NCBI GenBank assembly: GCA_025057275.1
Contig: JANWXQ010000070.1
Span: forward strand, 26,986-90,985
Direction of reading: 5' to 3'
Source: Chitinophagales bacterium
Lineage (GTDB): Bacteria > Bacteroidota > Bacteroidia > Chitinophagales > UBA10324
Length of the DNA stretch: 64,000 nucleotides
Part shown: positions 7,667 through 17,793 of the stretch, piece by piece
Layout: the number at the start of each line of letters is the position of its first letter
Position numbering within the stretch: the stretch's first letter is position 1
Notes under the pieces: generated by a model
What the model was told of the DNA's origin: nothing
Databases searched by the model: none
The model's input: the letters and a program-made list of their open reading frames with translations, nothing else
Made by a program: the position numbers and the translations under genes

Positions 7667-9619
7667 ATGCGTCTGATTGGTCTTGCTGCATTGCTGGGTG
7701 TTAGTGCCCATTGGGCCTCAGCCCAGTTTCGGTGGGAGCCGCTTGCCCATGTCTTCATCGCCCAAACCGAAGCAGAAAACCGCTGCCGCCTGCTTGACGT
7801 TCAGCAAAACGATGCCACGGCAGGCTACGACCAGATTCACCTGAAGGCCGAGTGGACGCTCGACCCCCGTTTTGACACGATTTCCGGAACCCTGACCTAC
7901 ACGTTTCGTGTCCTGCAACCGCTGTCATCCCTTGCTTTTGATATGAGCAATGCCCTGCACGTGCAGGAGCTTCGTTTCCGCCAAAAAAGCTATTCGGCAA
8001 ACCACCCCTTCCTTATTCACGAGAACAATCTGATCACCTTTTTGATTCCGGATGGCCCGCTGCCTGAAAACACGGTCGACTCGGTGACCATTCGCTATTA
8101 CGGCCGTCCTTTAACCACCGGTTTGGGCAGTTTCGTGCAAACCGCCCATGCCACCGACAGCGTTCTGTATACCCTCAGCCAGCCCTACGGCGCCTCCGAC
8201 TGGTTCCCCTGCAAAAACACGCTTACCGACAAGCTGGACAGTCTTGATCTGCTTATTCGCCTGCCGGAACCCTATCGTGCAGCAAGCAACGGAAAACTGA
8301 TGACCGACACGGTTATTGGAGGCCAGCGCCTGATGCACTGGAAACACCGTTACCCCATAGCCACCTACCTGATCGGTGTTGCTGTAACCAACTACGATGT
8401 GCTCAGTCAGACGGTGCCGCTTCCCGACGGGCAGCTTATGGAATTGGTGGAATACGTTTACCCGCAGGATTCAACTTACTACGTGCAAAATCCCGGGGTA
8501 ACACCCGAGCTGTTGTATGTGTTCAGCCAACAGTTTGGCCTTTATCCTTTCGCCACCGAAAAATACGGTCATGCCCAATGGAACCGCCTGGGCGGCATGG
8601 AGCACCAGACCATGAGCTTTGTTTATTTCCCCAACATCTTCGAACTCATTGCCCATGAACTGGCCCATCAGTGGTTCGGCAACCTGATCACCTGCGGATC
8701 GTGGCAGGACATTTGGCTCAATGAAGGCTTTGCCACTTACGCCACCTTGCTGGCCTATGATGCCCTGGCACCACAGTACAGCCGGGCCTATCTGTTCACC
8801 CGGCGCAGCAGTGCCCTGAAGGATTCGGTGAATTCGGTTTTTTGCGACGACACCACCAATGTGTTCCGCATTTTCAATCCTTCCATCTCATACTCCAAAG
8901 CATCTTATCTGCTGCACATGCTTCGCTGGATGATGGGTGATGAAGCTTTTTTTGAGGCCATCAGGAATTTTCTTAACGATCCCCGGCTGCGCTATGGCTT
9001 TGCCCGTACCGACGACCTCAAATTTCATCTGGAACAAGCCTACGGTCAGCCACTGGATGATTTTTTTGCCGACTGGCTTTACGGAAAAGGGTATCCATCC
9101 TATGAGTTGGTCTGGAATCAACAGCCGGATGGCAGCCTGCACCTGGCCGTTTTCCAGCAAACCAGTCATCCGTCGGTTCCGTTTTACGAAATGCCCTTGC
9201 CGGTGCGCCTTTATGGGGGTGGCCGCGATACCACCCTTCGGCTCAGTCATCGGTTCAGCGGACAATTGTTTTCCATACCTCAGTTGCCCTATGTGGTTGA
9301 TTCGGTAGTTTTTGATCCGGACCTCTGGCTGTTGTATGCGCGTAAACAGGTGCGTCGGGAGCCCGTTGTGACTGCAGGATTGCAACTGCATCCTGTTCCT
9401 GCACGCGATTATCTGGTAATCAGTTACCTGAATGCTACCCCCGCCACAAGCTTATCCATCTACAACCTGAGCGGCAGACTGCTGATGCGCTATGACGCCA
9501 CTGTTTTGCAAAAGGGAAGCTCATGGTTGCTTCCAGTGCAGGCGCTGGCTGCCGGTATGTATTTTGCCGAATTGATCACATCCGATGCTACTTTTCTGGC
9601 CAGATTTTTGAAACAGTAG
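7667..9619 (+). CDS. M1-family aminopeptidase with T9SS C-terminal sorting domain
   Basis: Has a signal peptide, the HELAHQWFGN zinc motif plus WLNEGFATY, and a C-terminus (LHPVPARDYLVISY...LSIYNLSGRLL...GMYFAELI) typical of type A T9SS CTDs. Confidence 0.9.
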   Translation: MRLIGLAALLGVSAHWASAQFRWEPLAHVFIAQTEAENRCRLLDVQQNDATAGYDQIHLKAEWTLDPRFDTISGTLTYTFRVLQPLSSLAFDMSNALHVQELRFRQKSYSANHPFLIHENNLITFLIPDGPLPENTVDSVTIRYYGRPLTTGLGSFVQTAHATDSVLYTLSQPYGASDWFPCKNTLTDKLDSLDLLIRLPEPYRAASNGKLMTDTVIGGQRLMHWKHRYPIATYLIGVAVTNYDVLSQTVPLPDGQLMELVEYVYPQDSTYYVQNPGVTPELLYVFSQQFGLYPFATEKYGHAQWNRLGGMEHQTMSFVYFPNIFELIAHELAHQWFGNLITCGSWQDIWLNEGFATYATLLAYDALAPQYSRAYLFTRRSSALKDSVNSVFCDDTTNVFRIFNPSISYSKASYLLHMLRWMMGDEAFFEAIRNFLNDPRLRYGFARTDDLKFHLEQAYGQPLDDFFADWLYGKGYPSYELVWNQQPDGSLHLAVFQQTSHPSVPFYEMPLPVRLYGGGRDTTLRLSHRFSGQLFSIPQLPYVVDSVVFDPDLWLLYARKQVRREPVVTAGLQLHPVPARDYLVISYLNATPATSLSIYNLSGRLLMRYDATVLQKGSSWLLPVQALAAGMYFAELITSDATFLARFLKQ

Positions 9620-9648
9620 CGCAAACCAGAAAGCACCGCCAGCGGATC

Positions 9649-10200
9649 ATGGTCAGAAACCACAAGCTTGCAACTATATGCTGCCCTCTGTCAATCCATA
9701 AGGCCGGAATACGCTTTGGGCAAGTTGTCAGACTGGCCGGGTTAGTAGCAATAATTTCGTTGGTTCAGGTTATGAGCGTTTCCGGTCAGGAGGTCCGCAT
9801 GGTTAGCACCGAAGAATTGCAACAGATGTTGGCTAACCCGGAAAAGCCTGTTTTGGTCAACTTCTGGGCCACCTGGTGCCGACCCTGCCTGGAAGAAATC
9901 CCTTTTCTGCTGGAAGCCTGGCGGCGCCAGCCCGGAATGTTTGACCTGGTGTTTGTTTCGGTAGATTTCCGGTCGCAGCAACAGGCCGTCCGCAATGCGG
10001 CAAAGCGACTGCAGATGGAAGGTACCCTGCTGCATCTGATTGCCGAAGGCGACTGGATCAACAAGGTGGACGCCAACTGGTCGGGCGCCATTCCGTACAC
10101 GCTGTTGCGCCACAACCAAAAGGCAGCGTATTTTTACGACGCCTTTCAATCTGCGGAGCACGTCCTGCAATTTGTTACATCACATCTCAAAACCCGATAA
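9649..10200 (+). CDS. TlpA-like thiol:disulfide oxidoreductase (thioredoxin fold)
   Basis: The ORF track starts at 9523, inside the upstream gene. The ATG at 9649 follows that gene's stop. WCRPC active site in FWATWCRPCLEE, with an N-terminal hydrophobic anchor. Confidence 0.8.
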   Translation: MVRNHKLATICCPLSIHKAGIRFGQVVRLAGLVAIISLVQVMSVSGQEVRMVSTEELQQMLANPEKPVLVNFWATWCRPCLEEIPFLLEAWRRQPGMFDLVFVSVDFRSQQQAVRNAAKRLQMEGTLLHLIAEGDWINKVDANWSGAIPYTLLRHNQKAAYFYDAFQSAEHVLQFVTSHLKTR

Positions 10201-10204
10201 CATC

Positions 10205-10810
10205 ATGCGTAAATCCGTTTTTGTTTTTGCCTTCATTTTGCCTGCACTTATGAACGCACAAAATCCCAGCGGCTACAAGATCGGCGATGCCGTAGCTGAC
10301 TTTCGTCTCAAAAATGTGGATGGTAAAATGGTCAGTCTTTCTGACCAGAAAGAGGCCAAAGGCGCCATCGTCATCTTTACGTGCAATCACTGCCCGTATG
10401 CTAAAGCCTATGAACAACGCATCATTGATTTAGATAAGCAATTCCGGCCACAGGGTTTCCCGGTAATCGCCATTAACCCCAACGACCCGAAGCGTGTCCC
10501 CGATGATTCCTTTGAACACATGGTCAAGCGGGCTAAAGAGAAAAAGTATCCGTTTCCCTATCTGGTAGATGAAACCCAACAGGTGGCCCGCACCTTTGGC
10601 GCCACCCGCACCCCGCAGGTGTTTCTGCTCAACAGGTCCGGCGACAAATGGGTGGTAAGCTACATCGGCGCTATTGACGACAACACCGAAGACGCCGGTG
10701 CAGTGAAGAACGCTTACGTCATTAACGCCATCAATGCTTTGCTTAAGGGCGAAGAACCTCCCGTCCGGGAAACGAAGGCCATAGGCTGCACCATCAAATG
10801 GAAGGTCTAA
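10205..10810 (+). CDS. Thioredoxin-fold redoxin family protein (secreted)
   Basis: The ATG at 10205 gives the signal peptide MRKSVFVFAFILPALMNAQ. FTCNHCPY is a CxxC motif. The family-typical ending is ...TKAIGCTIKWK. Confidence 0.8.
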   Translation: MRKSVFVFAFILPALMNAQNPSGYKIGDAVADFRLKNVDGKMVSLSDQKEAKGAIVIFTCNHCPYAKAYEQRIIDLDKQFRPQGFPVIAINPNDPKRVPDDSFEHMVKRAKEKKYPFPYLVDETQQVARTFGATRTPQVFLLNRSGDKWVVSYIGAIDDNTEDAGAVKNAYVINAINALLKGEEPPVRETKAIGCTIKWKV

Positions 10811-10998
10811 AACACCTGTCCAACCCCTTTAGCCAGTCGGAAAATTGCCTGATCCGTCAGCATCACATCAGGCTGTTGCAGCTGCCTGAAATGTGCAAAT
10901 TGTCAAATTCAGCTTTTCAAAAACTTCCATAGCAACGGTGCAGCAGACAGCTGCAGCAATACATAGCCATCAGCAACAGGCCCACCTGGTTGAGCGGC

Positions 10999-11904
10999 TC
11001 AATCGTCCCATTCCAGTTGATGGTCAGCGGCAAGGGCCGCACGCATTCTTTTGAGATCATCCAGCCTTTCTTCCTGATCCCAACGCTCGGCGCCCAGAAT
11101 CATCTGATCGAGCAAGGCCTGTATTATCTGGCAGGAAGAGGCCGGCAGAAAATGCGATGGTTTGGGATCCAGTTCCAGCTTGCGAAGCATGATGCTGATA
11201 GCATCCTTGCTGAACACATTACCCTTATGAGCCGGATTGATGTAGAACAATAAGGAAGAACTCAGCCGCGGCAGGGAATCTTCCGGGCGAACGAAGCTTT
11301 TGTGAAACGATATCACCAGGTGGTGGGGCAACAGCACGCCGTGGACGGGCAACTGCAGCATGCGCGCGATGATCAGGTAAAGCAGGCCCATCAGCATGGG
11401 TGTGGCTTTACGGCTTTCCAGGGCTTCCTTTAAATAACCGTATTGTTCGTTTTCAGGCCGCAGCGGTACGGTACGAAATTGATTCAGATCAAACAATACA
11501 TGATTGTAAATACTGATCTGTTCGAGTGGTGGCATGTGGTAACTGAATTCCATGCTCACCTGGTCGGCCAGCTCCCCGATTTTCGTCTTCAGGCGCCGCT
11601 CGTTCTGATTCATGAAGCGGTAGCGCGAAAGAATCAGCGCTGCTTCCAGCAAATCGCCATTTGCCGTACTGCCCCATTTCTTCAGGTCACTGACAATCCG
11701 GTTGCGGTGCAGCCGTTGAATGAGCGTTACGATGCGTTGCGCTGAGTATTCCGCCGTGCTGTTTTCCCATGCTTTTTCCAGCGTGGGAATGATAGCCGGG
11801 CCGTAGGCAATGAGCCGGTCATGAACCTGCTGGTACACTTCTTCGTCGGGATCGTCCAGCAGTTGCAACAAAGCATTCAGTTCTGCTCCGGCTTTCCGTT
11901 TCAT
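10999..11904 (-). CDS. Hypothetical protein, SirB1/transglutaminase-like family (tentative)
   Basis: 301 aa. The N-terminal segment is HEAT-like (LLQLLDDPDEEVYQQVHDRLIAYGPAIIPTLEKAW), and the central region resembles UPF0162/SirB1-type proteins. Assigned from recall only. Confidence 0.5.
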   Translation of the reverse strand: MKRKAGAELNALLQLLDDPDEEVYQQVHDRLIAYGPAIIPTLEKAWENSTAEYSAQRIVTLIQRLHRNRIVSDLKKWGSTANGDLLEAALILSRYRFMNQNERRLKTKIGELADQVSMEFSYHMPPLEQISIYNHVLFDLNQFRTVPLRPENEQYGYLKEALESRKATPMLMGLLYLIIARMLQLPVHGVLLPHHLVISFHKSFVRPEDSLPRLSSSLLFYINPAHKGNVFSKDAISIMLRKLELDPKPSHFLPASSCQIIQALLDQMILGAERWDQEERLDDLKRMRAALAADHQLEWDD

Positions 11905-11923
11905 GGCCTGAATTTACGCTGCA

Positions 11924-14287
11924 CTACTTATCTGCAGAGGGTGTCCGACGGGAGCGACGCGGCGGCGCATCTTTGGCCTGCTGCAGCAACTGCTCGCATT
12001 CGGCTAAGGTGAGTTCCTGAGGTGCACGGTTTTTGGGAATTCGTGCATTTACAGCTCCTTTTTTGATGTAGGGACCATAACGACCGTTCAGCACCAGAAT
12101 ACCCTCTTCAGGAAATTCCTTGATCACATTATTGCTTTTTTCTTCGATCAGGGCAATGGCTTCTTCCAGTCCGATCGTCATCGGATCCTGATCTTTTTTG
12201 AGCGAATGGAAACGCTTGTTGTGCAACACGTAGGGGCCGTATCGTCCTTCCCCGACCAACACTTCGTGCCCCTGGTAGGAACCCAGGGAACGGGGCAGGC
12301 GGAACAAGGCCAGCGCTTCTTCCAGGGTGATGGTTTCCAGCGCCTGACCGGAACGCAGACGCGCAAAGCGGGGCTTGTCTTCATCTTCTGCCGTACCGAT
12401 CTGCACCATGGGCCCGTAGCGACCCATGCGCACCAGCACCTGACGGCCACTGGCCGGATCCGTTCCTAAAACCCGCTCGCCCGTTTTTCGCGCCGCATGC
12501 TGTAATGTCTTGTCCACTTCTTTGTGAAACGGCTTGTAAAACTCATCTACCACTTTCTTCCACTTCTTTTCTCCCAGCGCTATTTCATCCAGCTCTTTTT
12601 CGATCTGTGCAGTAAATCCATAATCCATGACCTGATGAAAATGTTCCATGAGAAAATCTACAGTAAGAAATCCGCTGTTGGTGGGCACGAGGCGGTTTTT
12701 TTCCGCACCAACCATCTCGGTACGCTTTTCTGCGGTCAGTTGCTCATTCCTCATGGTAAGGACCGTGTATTCGCGGGGTGTACCTTCCCGAGTGCGCTTT
12801 TCCACGTAACCGCGCCTGAGAATGGTGCTGATCGTGGGCGCATAGGTGGAAGGGCGACCGATACCCAGCTCTTCCAGTTTTTTCACCAACGCCGCTTCGG
12901 AATAGCGAGGTGAAGGACGCGTAAACCGTTCGGTGGCCACCAGTTCGTTCAGACTCAATTGCTGCCCTATTGCCAGAGGAGGCAACAGCACATCGCCATC
13001 CTCTGCGGTTTCCTCATCGCTGGATTCGCGGTATACTTTAAGAAATCCGTCAAACAAGAGCACTTCGCCGGTGGCGATCAGACGCCTGTCGGCAACGGTA
13101 GAAATGCTGATTAACGCCGTGGTGCGTTCCAGTTGCGCATCGCTCATTTGCGAGGCTACCGTGCGCTTCCAGATGAGCTGATAGAGTTTTTGCTCTTCGG
13201 CACTGCCTTCTATGGTGCGGTGTTCAATGAAGGTAGGGCGAATGGCTTCGTGCGCTTCCTGAGCATTGATGATCTTGGACTGATATTGCCGGGGCCGCGA
13301 ATAGGCTTCGCCATAGCTGCGCACGATTTCCTCGCTGATGGCCTTGACGGCCAGCTCCGACAACGTAGTGGAGTCGGTGCGCATGTAGGTGATTTTTCCG
13401 CTCTCATACAACTGCTGCGCCACCATCATGGTGCGCGAAACGGAGAAGCCCAGTTTACGGCTGGCTTCCTGCTGAAGCGTGGAAGTGGTAAAAGGTGCCG
13501 ACGGAGATTTTCGGGCCGGCTTCACCTGAACATCTTCCACCAGAAATCGTGCGCCCCGGCATTGCTCCAGAAATTCTTTTGCCTGCTGCATCGTCCGCAG
13601 CGGATCCTGCAGATCGGCCCGAAAGGTGATCAGCCGGCCATCGCTATCCGGCGCAGAAAACAGGGCATGAATGCGGAAAAACGATTCCGGCGAAAAAGCC
13701 ATGATTTCTCGCTCGCGCTCCACGATAAGCCGAACGGCAACCGATTGTACGCGTCCGGCCGAAAGACTTTTCTGCCCGGGTATCTTGCGCCACAAGATCG
13801 GTGACAACTCATAGCCCACCATCCGATCAATGATGCGACGGGCCTGCTGGGCATTAACCAAATCCATGTCAATCCGCCGCGGATGACGAATGGCTTCCAG
13901 CACAGCCGGCTTGGTGATTTCATGAAAAACGATGCGATGCGTTTGGTCTGCATCCAGGTTTAATGACTCAGCCAGGTGCCAGCTGATGGCTTCTCCCTCG
14001 CGGTCTTCATCGGTGGCCAGCCAGACAGCCGAGGCTTTTTTTACCAGCTTCTGTAACTCTTTGACAATTTTTTCCTTGCCTTCGGAAATGACGTAGGTCG
14101 GCTGATAATTTTTTTTCACATCCACACCGAAGTCGTTTTCCGGCAAATCCCTGATATGCCCCATAGACGATTTGACCAGAAACGACGGGTCCAGAAACTT
14201 TTCCAGCGTTCGTGCTTTGGCCGGACTTTCCACAATCATCAGGTTGATGCCCTCTGACGTTTTCTTGCTGCTTTTTTTATGCGCCAT
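11924..14287 (-). CDS. topA: DNA topoisomerase I
   Basis: TOPRIM start LMIVESPAKARTLEKFL, an active-site region ITYMRTDS, and C-terminal repeated GRYGPY(V/I) motifs. I take the start at the internal Met (MAHKKSSKK); the ORF track extends to 14344. Confidence 0.95.
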   Translation of the reverse strand: MAHKKSSKKTSEGINLMIVESPAKARTLEKFLDPSFLVKSSMGHIRDLPENDFGVDVKKNYQPTYVISEGKEKIVKELQKLVKKASAVWLATDEDREGEAISWHLAESLNLDADQTHRIVFHEITKPAVLEAIRHPRRIDMDLVNAQQARRIIDRMVGYELSPILWRKIPGQKSLSAGRVQSVAVRLIVEREREIMAFSPESFFRIHALFSAPDSDGRLITFRADLQDPLRTMQQAKEFLEQCRGARFLVEDVQVKPARKSPSAPFTTSTLQQEASRKLGFSVSRTMMVAQQLYESGKITYMRTDSTTLSELAVKAISEEIVRSYGEAYSRPRQYQSKIINAQEAHEAIRPTFIEHRTIEGSAEEQKLYQLIWKRTVASQMSDAQLERTTALISISTVADRRLIATGEVLLFDGFLKVYRESSDEETAEDGDVLLPPLAIGQQLSLNELVATERFTRPSPRYSEAALVKKLEELGIGRPSTYAPTISTILRRGYVEKRTREGTPREYTVLTMRNEQLTAEKRTEMVGAEKNRLVPTNSGFLTVDFLMEHFHQVMDYGFTAQIEKELDEIALGEKKWKKVVDEFYKPFHKEVDKTLQHAARKTGERVLGTDPASGRQVLVRMGRYGPMVQIGTAEDEDKPRFARLRSGQALETITLEEALALFRLPRSLGSYQGHEVLVGEGRYGPYVLHNKRFHSLKKDQDPMTIGLEEAIALIEEKSNNVIKEFPEEGILVLNGRYGPYIKKGAVNARIPKNRAPQELTLAECEQLLQQAKDAPPRRSRRTPSADK

Positions 14288-14437
14288 TGCCGATACGCTG
14301 TGGGGGATGGCTGCAAAGAAACTGGATGACGGATAATTTGTCAAACCAAGCTAGCTGATGAACGTTTTGCTGCTGCACTCTGCATCAGGCGTTAAAGAAT
14401 CCTTATTTTTTCCGTCGTTGTTTTGCAACCTGTCCCA

Positions 14438-14929
14438 ATGAATTATCAAGAGCTGACCATCCGGTATGCGCACGTTGAAGAGGTTTCAGCATTGGAAAAC
14501 TGGCAACAGGATTTGCTGAACCGGGCCTGGCAGGCGGTGGATTTGGCTTACGCACCCTACAGCCGGTTCCGTGTGGGCGCTGCCGTGCTTTTGGATAACG
14601 GCGCTGTGGTGCTGGGCAGCAATCAGGAAAATGCTTCTTCCCCTGCCGGACTGTGCGCTGAACGCACAGCGCTTTCGGTAGCCGCCATGCAGTATCCTGC
14701 CGCCACCATCCGGGCAGTGGCTATTCGTGCCCGTAACGACGAGGATCCGCCTGATTCACCGGTAGCGCCCTGCGGCATCTGCCGGCAAACCCTGCTGGAA
14801 TACGAGTTACGGCAAAACCACAACATCGAGCTTCTGCTCCAGGGTGCAGCAGGGCCTGTGGTGATTATCGGATCAGTAAAAGATTTGCTGCCGCTGTATT
14901 TCTGGCGCCAGCCCCGGAGGCAGCATTAA
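14438..14929 (+). CDS. cdd: Cytidine deaminase
   Basis: CAERTAL (CAE zinc ligand) and PCGICRQ (PCxxC) motifs. The size fits. The start could be 14423 (TTG) or 14438 (ATG). Confidence 0.85.
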   Translation: MNYQELTIRYAHVEEVSALENWQQDLLNRAWQAVDLAYAPYSRFRVGAAVLLDNGAVVLGSNQENASSPAGLCAERTALSVAAMQYPAATIRAVAIRARNDEDPPDSPVAPCGICRQTLLEYELRQNHNIELLLQGAAGPVVIIGSVKDLLPLYFWRQPRRQH

Positions 14930-14945
14930 CATATTTATTTTTTCT

Positions 14946-16868
14946 TTAACGAAACAAAAGCACTCCGGCTGAGTAATCCACTACTGCGTTTAGCCGGTTT
15001 AACAGCTCCACACCGACCAGTACCGGAACCTGCTGATCGGCACGAACGAAAACGGGCACCTGGTTCAGGCTGCGCTCGCCTACTTTGAGCACGGTAGTGC
15101 GCGTCTGACTTTCCGTTGGCGACCAACCCAATGCAGCAAGACCTTCGGCATTTACGCTAATCCCCGAAACCAAAGAGGAAAGGCCGTAATTCTGTTTCAC
15201 TCCGTTAATGGTCATTTCCAGCTGGTAACCGCCGGGGCTCTGGATCAAAGGAATGGATGCCGTGTTGGTAGGCTTGTAGCGGTCTTTGATGGCGGCCATG
15301 GTTTGTTTTAGCGGTTCGTTAGCCGGATTGATGGCCAATGCCTGCTGGTAATAATATGTAGCCGATCCGAAATGATTTCGGATCAGGTTGATGTTGCCAA
15401 GATACTCATAGGCCTCGGCCAGTTCGCGGTTATACTTGGTAGCATCGGCACTGGCTTTTTCTACCACCATTAAATAGTAAGGCACAGCCAGCCCTTTGAC
15501 CGAATCGGGGTTGCTGTGATCCAAACCCTGCTGACAACGACCTCGCCACAGGTAGCCCACGGCCCAGTTGGGATTCAGACGCACGACGGAAGCAAAGGCA
15601 GAGTCAGCGGCGGCGTAGTTGCTGTTCTGATAATAAGCGCGCCCTAGGTTGAAGTAATCCACGATCTGGGCCCGGCGGGGAGCAGCAGCTATTTTGAGCC
15701 CATAGAAATGTGCGGCTTCACCGAAGTTTTTCCTGTCGTATTCCCATTTGGCAATATCACCCAACAGGTCAGCCTTGGTGCTGTCCATTCGCACGGCGGT
15801 GAGTGCAGCATGCTTGGCCTCCTCGACGTTGCCCACTGCCAGCTGGAGTCGCGACTGGTACTCGTAATCGGCGGCTATGGTTTTTGCCGGATCAATCCGA
15901 CGGAAATACTCAGCCATGTTGCGCAGGCCTGATTCGTATTTACCGGTTTCGTAGTCGGTGTAGGCCATTAACCGGTAGTACACAGGCTTTTCAATTTTTC
16001 CCTGCAGCGATTCCAGGATCTGGGCCACATCAGCATATTTTTTGGTGAGAAATAAAAACTGCGCATAGCGGAAACGCGTGTCGTCGCTTTGGTCGGCCAG
16101 GGCAAGGTATTGTTGATAATCCTGTGCTGCTTTTTCCGTCTGACCAATCAGATAAAACAGTTCGGCGCGTTCGCGATAGGCAGGAGGGAAATTGGGGTCA
16201 GCAGCCAGGGCTTTGTCAAAATTGTTTTTGGAAAATTCCCCCCGTTGCGCATCGCGCCAGATGCGACCCAGCCGCGTATACGCTTTGGCATAGGACGGAT
16301 TCAGTTCGGTGGCCCGCTCGTAGGAGGAAACGGCATCGCCGGTGCGGCTGACGCCCATGCCTTCGTAGGCGCGGCCCAGCAGCCAGTACACTTCTGCATT
16401 TTTGTTATTTATTTCTATAGCCTTTTGCAGCAGACTTACCGCCCGGTTGTAATCCGGATATTCGGCGTTGACGCAGGCATCGGCAACAGCCACAAGGTAA
16501 TTGACGTCCTTTGCGCCGGTCAGCGTGCGGGCTTTTTCAAAATGTTCATTGGCTTTGGCCGGCTGGTTTTTTTCCAGATAGGCCCTTCCCAGGCCCACAT
16601 GATTGTAGTAGTTCTTGGCATCCACGCTTACGCCTTTGGTAAACACGTTGATGGCCGAATCGGCTTTTCCCAGATAGCACAGGCTGATGCCCAGATAATA
16701 CCAGGCCATAGGGTCATTGGGAGCGCTGCGCACCTGCTGGGTAAAAATGCGGTAAGCGGAATGATAATTTTCGTATTCCAGCATTTTAATGCCCTGCTGA
16801 TACGGCTGCGCTACCAGCGGAAAGATGCTGTAGCTCAAGATGAAAAAAAGTATAATACAACGTTTCAT
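14946..16868 (-). CDS. TPR-repeat protein with C-terminal retropepsin-like (apparently non-catalytic) domain
   Basis: Signal peptide MKRCIILFFILSYSIFPLVAQ, then many TPR-like units (AWYYLG..., AEVYWLLGRAY..., AKAYTRLG...). The last roughly 105 aa have the layout of a bacterial retropepsin-like domain (see finding). Confidence 0.8.
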   Translation of the reverse strand: MKRCIILFFILSYSIFPLVAQPYQQGIKMLEYENYHSAYRIFTQQVRSAPNDPMAWYYLGISLCYLGKADSAINVFTKGVSVDAKNYYNHVGLGRAYLEKNQPAKANEHFEKARTLTGAKDVNYLVAVADACVNAEYPDYNRAVSLLQKAIEINNKNAEVYWLLGRAYEGMGVSRTGDAVSSYERATELNPSYAKAYTRLGRIWRDAQRGEFSKNNFDKALAADPNFPPAYRERAELFYLIGQTEKAAQDYQQYLALADQSDDTRFRYAQFLFLTKKYADVAQILESLQGKIEKPVYYRLMAYTDYETGKYESGLRNMAEYFRRIDPAKTIAADYEYQSRLQLAVGNVEEAKHAALTAVRMDSTKADLLGDIAKWEYDRKNFGEAAHFYGLKIAAAPRRAQIVDYFNLGRAYYQNSNYAAADSAFASVVRLNPNWAVGYLWRGRCQQGLDHSNPDSVKGLAVPYYLMVVEKASADATKYNRELAEAYEYLGNINLIRNHFGSATYYYQQALAINPANEPLKQTMAAIKDRYKPTNTASIPLIQSPGGYQLEMTINGVKQNYGLSSLVSGISVNAEGLAALGWSPTESQTRTTVLKVGERSLNQVPVFVRADQQVPVLVGVELLNRLNAVVDYSAGVLLFR

Positions 16869-16895
16869 GCTTTTTGGTTTGTGCGGATGTACCGA

Positions 16896-17792
16896 CTAAA
16901 ATTCTTTTTTAACTTCTATGACACGAACCGGTTGTTTCACGGCCAGCAGGCCAAACCGATGCACCACGAGTTGACCGTCCTGAGCCAGGAGAAAGGTACC
17001 AAAACCCATGCCGACTCCCACCCCCTTTTCCCGGATAACCAGATAAATCTCACGCAGCAGCGGATAGCAACGGCTGAACAGATGCGCGCGAACGGGCTTG
17101 CAGCTGCGGCCAGCTGTATCGGTAAGAGCAAGCACATAAGCGCGACGCAGGATGGCTTCCGAAATGCTGTCGCTGCCCCGGCTGATCCAACTGGAACTGA
17201 TGACGCCCACGGCATGCGGGTTTTCTTCCACGTAGCGTACAACGGCTTCCTCATCGGCTACGGCAAAAATCTGATCGGTTAAGGTGCGGCCCTGTGGCAG
17301 AAGCTGCTGCAAGGACCGATGCAGGGCAGAGCGCATGCCGGGAACAATGAGGGTTGCGGGCGGTTGTTGCCGGGGGTGCCCTTCCAGAAGGTCATACAGT
17401 CCGGAAAGGGTGTAAACCGTGTCGGATCGTTGGCGGTTGATCAGGAAAGCCAGTCCGTCGGCGGCAAAGAGAAACTGACGGACAGCTTCCCCTTTCTCGC
17501 GCAACGGAAGCAATTCCTCATCGGTAAACTTCCCGCTGATGAGGGCTATTTGGGCTGTATCACCCAACAACCATTCAGCCACCTGCTGTTCGTCGCCATA
17601 GCGTGCCTGGATTTGCACATCAGGATAACGTCCGCTGTACACACGGATCAATTCATCGAGCAGCGGCTTTAGCGATGCATCTGCGGCCACCACCAGATGT
17701 CCCGAGGTCAGGGAAGGCGGTTCCCTGCGCTTGGGCGCACAGGAAGCCAGCACTGCCGCAAGGAGAATCAGGCGGAAAGCCGGAGCCGACAT
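16896..17792 (-). CDS. PstS-like periplasmic substrate-binding protein (PBP type 2), Ton-cluster associated
   Basis: 298 aa with lipoprotein-like N-terminus LILLAAVLASC. The body resembles PstS/PhoT-family binding proteins. No permease or ATPase gene is adjacent. Confidence 0.7.
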   Translation of the reverse strand: MSAPAFRLILLAAVLASCAPKRREPPSLTSGHLVVAADASLKPLLDELIRVYSGRYPDVQIQARYGDEQQVAEWLLGDTAQIALISGKFTDEELLPLREKGEAVRQFLFAADGLAFLINRQRSDTVYTLSGLYDLLEGHPRQQPPATLIVPGMRSALHRSLQQLLPQGRTLTDQIFAVADEEAVVRYVEENPHAVGVISSSWISRGSDSISEAILRRAYVLALTDTAGRSCKPVRAHLFSRCYPLLREIYLVIREKGVGVGMGFGTFLLAQDGQLVVHRFGLLAVKQPVRVIEVKKEF

Positions 17793-17793
17793 G

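Noticed and set aside
9523-10204. N-terminal extensions in the ORF track, for example 9523 for the TlpA-like gene, 10040 for the redoxin, 43318 for serC, 48710 for the exported protein and 62849 for yceD.
   Set aside because: The extensions overlap the preceding gene or produce implausible leader sequences. Internal ATG or GTG codons give canonical signal peptides or family-typical N-termini, so I used the shorter models.
10847-10873. The hairpin GCCTGAT-N13-ATCAGGC after the redoxin gene, considered as an intrinsic terminator.
   Set aside because: The stem is only 7 bp, the loop is 13 nt and no T-tract follows. That is not strong enough to annotate as a terminator.
16089-17282. A long ORF (397 aa) on the plus strand spanning the TPR/PstS-like gene junction. 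Similar long antisense or alternate-frame ORFs occur at 13133..13804, 17953..18798, 23730..24647, 28310..29134, 32937..33734, 56564..57487, 60060..60662 and 61137..61733.
   Set aside because: Each lies entirely inside, opposite to, or out of frame with a gene that has clear family motifs. Their translations are low-complexity (Arg/Gly/His/Gln-rich) with no recognisable motifs. Shadow ORFs of this kind are expected in GC-rich coding DNA.
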